This document shows positions 56,339-64,000 of a stretch of DNA of 64,000 nt, piece by piece. The DNA comes from an uncultured delta proteobacterium (GTDB lineage: Bacteria > Desulfobacterota > Binatia > Binatales > Binataceae), in contig CAVXXK010000004.1 of NCBI GenBank assembly GCA_963765675.1, forward strand, positions 32,001-96,000. Direction: 5' to 3'. Each line of letters begins with the position of its first letter. Position 1 is the first letter of the stretch. Position numbers and translations under genes: made by a program. Under the pieces are notes generated by a model that was not told the DNA's origin, did not search any database, and was given only the letters and a program-made list of their open reading frames with translations.

Positions 56339-56656
56339 TCATACCACGAACGACTCGCCACATCCGCAACTTCGTTTGGCGTTTGGATTGACCACCCGAA
56401 AACCCGAGGCCATCAGCTCCTCGGCGTAGTCGAGCTCGGAACCGTTGAGATAGAGAAAACTCTTCTTGTCCACGATCAGTTTGGCGCCGTCGCGCTCGAA
56501 AATCTTGTCGCGCTCTTTGGCCGCGTCGATTTCCATCCGGTACGACAGCCCCGAGCATCCGCCGCCGACAACTTTTACGCGCAGTCCGGCCTCGGCGCCC
56601 TTGTCGGCGACCAGAGTCTTGATCTTGTGGACCGCGTTTTCAGACAGCGAAATCAT
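56339..56656 (-). CDS. iscA: A-type Fe-S carrier
   Basis: GGGCSGLSY and NPNAKRSCGCGESF motifs. Confidence 0.93.
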   Translation of the reverse strand: MISLSENAVHKIKTLVADKGAEAGLRVKVVGGGCSGLSYRMEIDAAKERDKIFERDGAKLIVDKKSFLYLNGSELDYAEELMASGFRVVNPNAKRSCGCGESFVV

Positions 56657-56674
56657 CGTGCGAAACCTCAGCCG

Positions 56675-57091
56675 TCAGCCCTGATTCGCCTTTTCTGCCG
56701 GCGCTTCGGCGTGGCCCTTGCGCTTCTTCCAATCGGTGATTGCTGCCTTGATCGCGTCTTCAGCCAGCACCGAACAATGAATCTTGACCGGAGGCAGATT
56801 GAGTTCTTTCACGATGACGGTGTTCTTGATCGCCATCGCTTCGTCGATCTTCTTGCCCTTGACCAGCTCGGTCACGTAGCTCGAACTCGCGATCGCGCTG
56901 CCGCATCCGAAGGTCTTGAACTTCGCGTCTTCGATTACGCCGTCGTCGCTGATCTTGAGCTGCAGCTTCATCACGTCGCCGCACTCGGGCGCGCCGACCA
57001 CGCCAGTGCCGACACTCAGGTCGTCCTTGGCGAAGCTGCCGACATTGCGCGGATTGTTATAGTGATCGAGAACCTTGTCTGAATATGCCAT
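56675..57091 (-). CDS. iscU: Fe-S scaffold
   Basis: HYNNPRNVG, CGDVM, FGCGSAIASSS and LPPVKIHCS motifs. Confidence 0.98.
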   Translation of the reverse strand: MAYSDKVLDHYNNPRNVGSFAKDDLSVGTGVVGAPECGDVMKLQLKISDDGVIEDAKFKTFGCGSAIASSSYVTELVKGKKIDEAMAIKNTVIVKELNLPPVKIHCSVLAEDAIKAAITDWKKRKGHAEAPAEKANQG

Positions 57092-57109
57092 GATTTTTCT
57101 CCGCGCTGC

Positions 57110-58339
57110 TTACGATTTCCACTGCACTGACTTGAGATCGATTCCGTCTTTCGCCATCTCGTACAGCGGCGACATCTCGCGCAGCCGCTTGACCTCTTTG
57201 CTCACCCGGTCCGACACGTAATCGACTTCGTCGGCAGTGTTGAAGCGGCCGATTCCAAACCGGATCGAGCTATGCGCCAGCTCCTCGTTGATTCCGAGCG
57301 CGCGAATCACGTACGAGGGCTCCAGCGTCGCCGAGGTGCAGGCCGAGCCCGAGCTCACCGCGATATCGCTGATTCCCATCAGCAGCGACTCACCCTCGAC
57401 GTACGCGAAGCTGATGTTGAGATTACCCGGCAGCCGCTCGGTCGGATGCCCATTCAGATAGACTTCGTCCAGCCGCTCAAAGATGCCCGCCTGGAGCCGG
57501 TTTCGGAGTCCGGTCAGGCGGACGGCCTCGTCGGCCATCTCCTTGCCAGAGATTTCGCACGCCGCGCCGAACCCGACGATTCCGGTGACGTTGAGCGTGC
57601 CCGAGCGCATCCCGCGCTCATGCCCTCCGCCGTCGATAATCGGGCTAAGCCGCACGCGCGGTCCTTTCGAGCGGACGTAGAGCGCGCCGACTCCCTTGGG
57701 GCCGTAAATTTTATGCCCGCTCATCGCGAGCAGGTCGATCCCGTCTTTTTCCACGTCCACCGGAATCTTGCCGACCGCCTGCACCGCGTCGCAATGAAAC
57801 ACGATGCCTTTTTCTTTGGCGATCTTGCCGATCTCGCGCACCGGATGAATCGTGCCGATCTCGTTGTTGGCGTACATGATCGAGATGAGCACAGTCTTGT
57901 CGGTGATCGCGCGGCGCACCGCGTCGGGATCGACCATTCCGTATTTGTCTACCGGAAGGTAGGTCACCGTCGCTTTGCCCTGGCGCTCGAGCGCGCGGCA
58001 ACTGTCGAGCACCGCCTTGTGCTCAGTGACGCAGGTGATGATGTGGTTGCCCTTATCCTTGTAGAACTCGAGCACGCCCTTGATCGCCAGATTGTCGGAC
58101 TCGGTCGCGCCGCTAGTGAAGATAATTTCCTTCGACTTCGCGCCGACGAGGGTCGCAATCTGCTCGCGCGCCTTAAAGACGCCCTCTTCCGCTTCCCAGC
58201 CGAAGCTGTGGTTGCGGCTGGCAGCGTTGCCGAACTTCTCGGTGAAATACGGCAGCATCGCGTCCAGCACCCTGCGATCGCACGGCGTGGTCGCGTGATT
58301 GTCCATGTATATGGGAGTCTTAACCATCAGCCCCGCCAT
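57110..58339 (-). CDS. iscS: Cysteine desulfurase
   Basis: [34 protein letters not shown] and [10 protein letters not shown] motifs. Confidence 0.98.
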   Translation of the reverse strand: MAGLMVKTPIYMDNHATTPCDRRVLDAMLPYFTEKFGNAASRNHSFGWEAEEGVFKAREQIATLVGAKSKEIIFTSGATESDNLAIKGVLEFYKDKGNHIITCVTEHKAVLDSCRALERQGKATVTYLPVDKYGMVDPDAVRRAITDKTVLISIMYANNEIGTIHPVREIGKIAKEKGIVFHCDAVQAVGKIPVDVEKDGIDLLAMSGHKIYGPKGVGALYVRSKGPRVRLSPIIDGGGHERGMRSGTLNVTGIVGFGAACEISGKEMADEAVRLTGLRNRLQAGIFERLDEVYLNGHPTERLPGNLNISFAYVEGESLLMGISDIAVSSGSACTSATLEPSYVIRALGINEELAHSSIRFGIGRFNTADEVDYVSDRVSKEVKRLREMSPLYEMAKDGIDLKSVQWKS

Positions 58340-58385
58340 CGAGGATGCTCTATCGGATTCGCGTCTCGCGAAATCGGTGATCCAA

Positions 58386-58410
58386 TTAGTGGACCTGCTG
58401 AGTCCACTAT
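58386..58410. promoter_or_regulatory. IscR type-1-like operator 1
   Basis: Minus strand ATAGTGGACTCAGCAGGTCCACTAA, a TAGTGGAC-N7-GTCCACTA palindrome overlapping the iscS -10. Confidence 0.75.
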
Positions 58411-58434
58411 AAGCATCGCGAGAGCTTCGGTCAA
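58406..58434 (-). promoter_or_regulatory. sigma70 promoter of the isc operon
   Basis: Minus strand TTGACC-N17-TATAGT. Confidence 0.8.
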
Positions 58435-58453
58435 CCGTCGCACCGCCTCACCA

Positions 58454-58478
58454 ATACCCGACCCACTGAGTCTAGATA
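58454..58478. promoter_or_regulatory. IscR type-1-like operator 2
   Basis: ATACCCGACCCACTGAGTCTAGATA fits ATASYYGAC-N7-GTC spacing. Confidence 0.6.
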
Positions 58479-58548
58479 AGATAAATGCGTTGATCTGTCA
58501 AGGTAAATAGCACCTATCCAAGAGGTCAGCGCAGGGCACGGCATCGGC

Positions 58549-58587
58549 AAGGGACTGCGGCGCGTCGTCTGACGGCCGCAGTCCCTT
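58549..58587. terminator. Strong hairpin separating the beta-helix gene from the isc promoter
   Basis: AAGGGACTGCGG...CCGCAGTCCCTT, a perfect 12-bp inverted repeat with a short U tract. Confidence 0.55.
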
Positions 58588-58625
58588 AACCGGCCCGGAA
58601 GGCTTTCGGACGCGTTCTCCAGCGC

Positions 58626-59975
58626 CTAGCTCCGATGCCTATGTCTATGCCCGGAAGGCGTCGGTGTCGGATTCGGCGTTGGTGTCAGGGTTGGCGTCGG
58701 GGTGGACGTTTGAGTCGCAGTTGCCGTAGGAAGTGGAGTCGGGGTCCCGGACGCATTCCCGATTGGAGTTGCGGTGGGGGAGGCAGCGCCATAGGCATAT
58801 GCCCCTATATCAACCGAGCTGGTCAATCTTGCAGCGCCCGTGATATCGAGCGCCGGGATGCCATAGGCGACTGATCCGGCGCTAATCGCGGGGCTGTCAG
58901 CCTGCAGGCGCATGTTGGATGGCGGACTCACAAGGTCGGGATTCGATGAGCCGGACCCTCCGTACAACAGGTTCGATACCGCCACGTTGGCCGGACCTGA
59001 ACTGCCTCCATCGAGGTAGGCCGAATTGCTCGAATCGGACGTCGGGTCGAACCAGAGGATGTTGTTCACGGTGGTCACGCCGCCCGTATATTCCAGAGAT
59101 ACCTCACCGCGCCACGTGTACGGCCCTGAGAGCTGCTGATCCTTGAAGCAGGTATTATTTCGCACCAGGATCGGCGCGCCGCCATTGGAGTAAACCTTGA
59201 CGCAGGCGCCTGCGTTGCCATAGCCGACATTGTTCTCAATCAGCGACGACGCGGCAAATCCGGAATCGGAAAACGAATCGAGTATTATTCCATTGCCATC
59301 AGATCCGCCCGGAGGATTGGAATTGTCGTAGACGAAATTCGCGCCGATATAGACATGCGTTCCAGCGCCGCTATCGAGTTGAGTCGGTTCGTAAACCGAT
59401 ATGCCGGAACCATCGGAGCTCCAGGTTACAGCGTTATTATGGACCAGGCTTCCCACGATCGTCAGATAGTCGCCGTTGTTCAATTGAACGCCGCTTCCGA
59501 TCGCATTCTCGACTTCGTCATCATTCACGTACCAATGGCTTCCCCCGCCCGAGGTCACGATTCCAATCTCTCCGCCGTTGGTCTGAACGTGCTCGATCGC
59601 GACGTAGGATTGTGAATTGATATTGATCGCGAAGGAACCGTCGCTCGGTGGCAAAATTTCTGCGCGAGCAGTCGCGATACCGCGAATTGTGAGCCACTTG
59701 GCGGCGGTTCCCGAATTCGACAGCGTTACCGCTTCAGCATAAGGACCGGCATCCTCGATACATACTGTCCCGCCGCTCGAGCCTAAAGAATTGACGGAAT
59801 GCTGAATCGTACGGAACGGCGAGGATTGCGTACCCGGCGAACCATCGGAGCCCGTCAACGCCGCGTAATAGCTGCAAGAGGCAATCACCGGTGTCACTTG
59901 CGCATTCGCATCCGCGACACCCACAGCCAAAACCCCGACCACGATCAACGCCGCAACAAAAGCTTTTGAATCCAT
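58626..59975 (-). CDS. Secreted right-handed beta-helix (pectin-lyase-like) protein with PT-rich tail
   Basis: Signal peptide, GSDGSPGT.SSPFRTIQ, DGNGIILD, IENN..YGN, RLQADSPAI..G, VDIGAY and C-terminal (TP)n-HRHRHR. ATG 59975 follows GGAG. Confidence 0.78.
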   Translation of the reverse strand: MDSKAFVAALIVVGVLAVGVADANAQVTPVIASCSYYAALTGSDGSPGTQSSPFRTIQHSVNSLGSSGGTVCIEDAGPYAEAVTLSNSGTAAKWLTIRGIATARAEILPPSDGSFAININSQSYVAIEHVQTNGGEIGIVTSGGGSHWYVNDDEVENAIGSGVQLNNGDYLTIVGSLVHNNAVTWSSDGSGISVYEPTQLDSGAGTHVYIGANFVYDNSNPPGGSDGNGIILDSFSDSGFAASSLIENNVGYGNAGACVKVYSNGGAPILVRNNTCFKDQQLSGPYTWRGEVSLEYTGGVTTVNNILWFDPTSDSSNSAYLDGGSSGPANVAVSNLLYGGSGSSNPDLVSPPSNMRLQADSPAISAGSVAYGIPALDITGAARLTSSVDIGAYAYGAASPTATPIGNASGTPTPLPTATATQTSTPTPTLTPTPNPTPTPSGHRHRHRS

Positions 59976-60612
59976 TTCTCCTACCCCCGCGTCACCGCGC
60001 GCATACACGAGCGCAAAGGCGCCCGTCGCGATCATCCTGGCGTACACGCCGATCAAATCGCCGACGGAGCAGCCGAAACGCGTTCACGAGTTAGTATTTC
60101 GAGCGAGTAGGTATTGAAGATCGCCCGCGAGTCGCAGCGCACGATAGAGAGGTGAGCGATCGAAGTCAAGTATAAAAAGCGGATTTAGTGGAACTGAGTA
60201 ATATATTTTTTCTGCCACCCGCAAACGTGCAATAGTCAGTCTCATCTCGCACTAAATGACTAATCGCCGCAGGAATATCTCGCGGTAACGCGGAGCGGGA
60301 AAATGTCGCCGAAATATTGGCCACGTCCCCCGCCGTGGGCGAGGAAATCCCGGCATTGCCCGCGATCGCAGAACATCCTTTCATGTAGTTGTAGGCAAGA
60401 AACCGTTCAGTTCGGCGTCATTCCGTATCCGCAATAGCGCACCGCAAGCAACTGTTGCACGATAAGCCGAAGATGGTCACACCGACGTGCCCAGAGACGA
60501 ACATATCGCGGGCAGATATTGCCGTGTCCGAACCGATCGGCCGCACAGGTGCGGCGATCGGTGACCCATCGGAAGAAATTGAAAAAAATCGCTCGGAGAG
60601 AAAGCCGCGGAA

Positions 60613-61107
60613 TCACTCCGGACGCGGCTTCAGAAACATCATGCGCTCCTCGCGCCACGCGGAAAAACCCAGGCGATGCCACGCCTCGGCGCCGAGCCAG
60701 TTGCGATGCAGCACGCTCAATGTGATCCGGTCGATTCCCTTGGCGCGAAACCAGTCGAAGGCCTCCGCGAGCATCGGTTTCATCAGGCCGCGTCCGCGGT
60801 AGCTCTCTTCCAGAAAAGCCTGGCTGATATAACCGATCTCTGCCGGACGCTCGCCCTCGTGACGGCGGCGCAGCCTCACCCACAGATGACCCGCGAGATG
60901 GCCGTCGCCCGCGTCGGCAACCCAGACTGCATGATGCTCCCGTGCCAGAACGGCGCGCATCCATTCGGGCGCCTGGCGAATCGAGTCCCAATCAAACCGT
61001 GCGCGTTCGTCCAGCGCTTCTTCATACGCCGCAAGTCCTGCGACGAGTCGCGCCAGTTCGGGAATGTCAGACTCGCGAGCGGGACGAATTTCGGGCTGCT
61101 TCATCAT
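60613..61107 (-). CDS. GNAT acetyltransferase
   Basis: IRPARESD, YRGRGL, LSV..N and LGF motifs; overlaps the HAD gene stop. Confidence 0.85.
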   Translation of the reverse strand: MMKQPEIRPARESDIPELARLVAGLAAYEEALDERARFDWDSIRQAPEWMRAVLAREHHAVWVADAGDGHLAGHLWVRLRRRHEGERPAEIGYISQAFLEESYRGRGLMKPMLAEAFDWFRAKGIDRITLSVLHRNWLGAEAWHRLGFSAWREERMMFLKPRPE

Positions 61108-61757
61108 GACTCTCCCTGCATCAGCGCCAACACGCGCGGCAACGCCCTTATATCAGGCAGGATACTGGCGGCGGCGTCAAACGCGCCGCCGCGGGTTAAC
61201 TCATTGGGCGCGATAATGCAGCGCAGACCGGCGGCCAACGCCGCGGTAAGCCCGCGCTCCGAATCCTCGACCGCGATGCAACGCTCCGGCGCGAGCTTCA
61301 AGCGCCTCATCGCCGTCAGATAGGGCTCGGGACTTGGCTTCGATTTTTCGTAGTCCTCACGCGCAATCACGGTCTCGAAAAGGGACAGAATTCCGCTTTG
61401 GCGATGCCCCAGATCCAGATGCGTGCGCAGCGAGCTGGTCACGATTGCCATCCGATAACGCGGCGCCAGCATCCGCACCGTCTCGGCTGCTCCTGCGATA
61501 AGAAGATTCGCGCGCCGTAGCTCTTCGGCGTAGAGAGCGTCGCGCTCTTTACGCAGCGCGGCGATCTCGGCAGTGCTCCATCCTCGCGACAACAGGCCGT
61601 CGAACAGGTTGCGGCCGCTGCGGAGCACGTGGTCGATATACAGCTCACGCGTGACGATGATCTCCGCGCGCGCCAGCGTGTCACGGGTCGCGGCGAAGAA
61701 AAGGCTCTCGGTGTCGACCAGAACCCCGTCGTTGTCCCACAGAATCGCTTCGATCAT
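61104..61757 (-). CDS. HAD-family phosphatase (CbbY/beta-PGM-like)
   Basis: WDNDGVLVDTE, VTSS, KPSPEPY and VEDS..G motifs. Confidence 0.92.
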   Translation of the reverse strand: MIEAILWDNDGVLVDTESLFFAATRDTLARAEIIVTRELYIDHVLRSGRNLFDGLLSRGWSTAEIAALRKERDALYAEELRRANLLIAGAAETVRMLAPRYRMAIVTSSLRTHLDLGHRQSGILSLFETVIAREDYEKSKPSPEPYLTAMRRLKLAPERCIAVEDSERGLTAALAAGLRCIIAPNELTRGGAFDAAASILPDIRALPRVLALMQGES

Positions 61758-61811
61758 CGCATACGATTGTAGTCGGTACCGGCAGCGGCAGGAAAACCGT
61801 GCGGCGCCTGG

Positions 61812-62123
61812 TCAGAAGGGACCGCGATTGGCCGCGTCGAAGAAGATCTCGTGCATCCTGCGCTCGCTACGGATCGATTTTAGTGCCGCTTCGCGCGTCA
61901 TCTCGAACTCGCGCTCGATCCACGGCGCCAGCCGCGCGAGGATCGCCGGGGGATCATCGCCCGTCGCGAGTTCTTGAGCGACCGCGCATTTGAGGGCGAC
62001 CCGCTCGATTCCGTTTGCGCTCTCGAGCGCGAGCGTCAGCACGATCGCGCCTTTTGAGCGCACGGCCGGCGCGGCCTCGATGAGCCGGTACGGTCCGCGG
62101 CCGGTCTTCAACGCAATTTCCAC
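61812..62123 (-). CDS. Hypothetical protein
   Basis: 103-aa ORF co-oriented between secF and the HAD gene; host-like codon usage. Confidence 0.6.
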   Translation of the reverse strand: MEIALKTGRGPYRLIEAAPAVRSKGAIVLTLALESANGIERVALKCAVAQELATGDDPPAILARLAPWIEREFEMTREAALKSIRSERRMHEIFFDAANRGPF

Positions 62124-62171
62124 CTGGCGATTTCTCGGCGCGATGTTCGCCGGACGCGCCGCCCGCTCGCC

Positions 62172-63107
62172 TTAAGCTGCGCGAGAAGACAACGAACCCA
62201 CGCGATGATGCCCCTCCCAGAAGAGCACGACCGGGCCCGCGATATAGATCGAGGAATAGGTGCCGGTGATAAACCCGACCAGCAGCGTGAATGCCGAAGG
62301 ACGCAGAATCGGCCCTCCGAACGCGAGCAGCGCGATCAACACCACAATCGCGGTGCCCGAGGTGAGCAGAGTGCGCGACAGCGTCTCGTTGATCGCGCGA
62401 TTCATGATCGTCGCGATCGGCTCGCGCCGGCGCTTGGCCGCGTCCTCGCGAATCCGGTCCGACACGATTACGGTGTCATGCACCGAATAGCCGATAACCG
62501 TGAGCAGCGCCGCCAGTGTAGTCAGATCGAATTGGAACTGACTGATCACCAGCGCGAGCGACACGACCAGGACGTCATGCACCAGCGCGATAACCGCGCC
62601 GGCCCCGAAGCTCCAACTCGTATGGCGAAACTGGAAGGCGATAAATACGCCCATGAAAATAGTCGCGAACACCACCGCCAGGAACCCGCGCCGGCGCAGA
62701 TCGCCTCCGACCTTGGCGCCCACGCTCTCTACGCGCACCACCTTGGCGACGTTGGGCCCGTAGGTCTTCGAGAGCTGGCCCTCGAGCTTCGGACCAAGGC
62801 TTCCGATATTGGCGACTTTCTCAAACCGCAGCAGGTAGGTATGCCCCGCCGACGCGCCGAAATCCTGCACGGTTATCTCGCCGAATCCCATCGGCCTGAG
62901 CGAGTCACGAATCGTGTTGGCGGTGGTGGCCTTGTCGAACTGCACCTGCACCACGCTGCCGCCCACGAAATCGACGCCGTAGTTGAGTCCGACGAAGATC
63001 AACATCAGCACGGCCGCGATATTGATCGCGGTCGAAAGAATTACGAAGAAATGGCGTTTCCCGACGAAATCGAGATTGATATCGGGACGGATCAGTTGAA
63101 AGGACAT
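62172..63107 (-). CDS. secF: Protein translocase subunit SecF
   Basis: LNYGVDFVGG, ESVGAKVG, ALVHDV, IGYSVHDTVIVSDRIRE, ETLSRT and GTYSSIYIA motifs. Confidence 0.95.
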   Translation of the reverse strand: MSFQLIRPDINLDFVGKRHFFVILSTAINIAAVLMLIFVGLNYGVDFVGGSVVQVQFDKATTANTIRDSLRPMGFGEITVQDFGASAGHTYLLRFEKVANIGSLGPKLEGQLSKTYGPNVAKVVRVESVGAKVGGDLRRRGFLAVVFATIFMGVFIAFQFRHTSWSFGAGAVIALVHDVLVVSLALVISQFQFDLTTLAALLTVIGYSVHDTVIVSDRIREDAAKRRREPIATIMNRAINETLSRTLLTSGTAIVVLIALLAFGGPILRPSAFTLLVGFITGTYSSIYIAGPVVLFWEGHHRVGSLSSRAA

Positions 63108-63151
63108 CGCAGTTGTTTAGCTGTTCCCTTGCTCGTGAACAACACCCACAC

Positions 63152-63577
63152 TCAGCTCGCCGCAGCGCGCTTCTTACGCGCACGCGAGGGGCGCGCGGGC
63201 CGGACAGGAGTTGCGGCGGCTTCTTTGGCGGCATGCGCAGCGGCCTGAGCCTGGAGCTTGCTGCATGCGCCGCAGAGGTTGTTCAGATTTGCGGGATCCT
63301 CGGTCAGGCCGTCGTCGAGCGAATGGCACACCTTCATGCATCCGGAGCAGATGAAGTAGATGCCCTCGATAGTCTTGTTGATTCGCTCGCGATTGAGGAT
63401 TCGTCCGCGCAGCTTTTCGATCCGGATCCCGAGGAGCTCGGCGTATTGGCGCTTGATCTTGCGCCGGCCGGCTTCGTCCTTGGGAAGATCGGCATCTTCC
63501 TCGGCTTCGTCGGCGGATTCGGAGAAGCTCGCGTACTTATCGCGCTTCGAGGTTTTTCGTTTACGCGCTCTGCCCAT
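63152..63577 (-). CDS. Basic hypothetical protein with CxxC...CxxC
   Basis: CSGC and CGAC motifs; Arg/Lys-rich termini. Confidence 0.7.
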   Translation of the reverse strand: MGRARKRKTSKRDKYASFSESADEAEEDADLPKDEAGRRKIKRQYAELLGIRIEKLRGRILNRERINKTIEGIYFICSGCMKVCHSLDDGLTEDPANLNNLCGACSKLQAQAAAHAAKEAAATPVRPARPSRARKKRAAAS

Positions 63578-63587
63578 CGTCAAGTCC

Positions 63588-63758
63588 TCAGCGGGTCTTG
63601 CCGATGTATCCGCAAGCCTTTTCGCATACGAGGTAGAAGCCCTTGCGGCCGTAGCCCGCGAACTTGGTCACCTTGCTCTCGGCGCCGCAGTTGGGACACA
63701 GATGCTTGTGCTGGGCCTCGCCACTTTTTTCCGCGGTCTTTGCTTTCTTTTCAGCCAT
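63588..63758 (-). CDS. 56-aa zinc-ribbon protein (absent from the ORF track)
   Basis: Hand translation: MAEKKAKTAEKSGEAQHKHLCPNCGAESKVTKFAGYGRKGFYLVCEKACGYIGKTR, stop at 63588-63590. Confidence 0.75.
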   Translation of the reverse strand: MAEKKAKTAEKSGEAQHKHLCPNCGAESKVTKFAGYGRKGFYLVCEKACGYIGKTR

Positions 63759-64000
63759 AGCGAATTTGAGCCGTCCTCAGGATTGATTGCCTGCCCCGCG
63801 AAACGCGGAGGCGACGAAACACCACATTGTACACGAAAGCCCCGTTTCGAGAAATCCAGCCTCGTCCCATACGTTGAGGCGCTGCGATCGTGAGAACGCC
63901 CCGATTCCAAAGCGCCGCGTTCCCATTCGTCATTTCGAGCCTTGGGCGAGAAATCCCGAGGCGGTCATGCTCCGAGCTACACCGGATGCAACCTCTTCGC

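Noticed and set aside
60166-60802. Short ORFs in the spacer upstream of the beta-helix gene
   Set aside because: No motifs or SD, atypical composition, and partial overlap with the GNAT gene.

Overview
A 64-kb, GC-rich (visually about 60-65%), gene-dense stretch of bacterial chromosome that is mostly core and metabolic genes. The gene content and protein style suggest a deltaproteobacteria-like lineage such as Candidatus Binatota; this is inference only. In order, it carries: the 5' half of the dcw cluster (mraZ-rsmH-ftsL-ftsI-murE-mraY-murD-ftsW-murG', with no murF) behind a promoter containing MraZ boxes; an orphan 802-aa P-loop ATPase resembling BREX-type/DUF6079 ATPases; acyl-CoA genes; mrp, a glycosyltransferase and a heterodimeric ABC exporter; a DegV/luciferase-like/ADC-like operon; leuS; a class V aminotransferase-serA-purA run behind a structured leader with a terminator; a compact ethylmalonyl-CoA-pathway-like locus (ccr divergent from MaoC-mcd-MaoC-lyase, where the two MaoC genes look like the two halves of mesaconyl-CoA hydratase); an isc operon lacking iscR and fdx but keeping two IscR-type operators; and a stand-alone secF behind two Zn-motif proteins. 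I saw no tRNA, rRNA, CRISPR array, transposase or integrase. A ~130-bp structured REP-like repeat occurs twice, plus one inverted partial copy. Three genes (mcd, hscA and a Gly/Tyr-rich secreted protein) carry single-base frameshifts that look like assembly errors. Family assignments come from motif recognition, not database searches.
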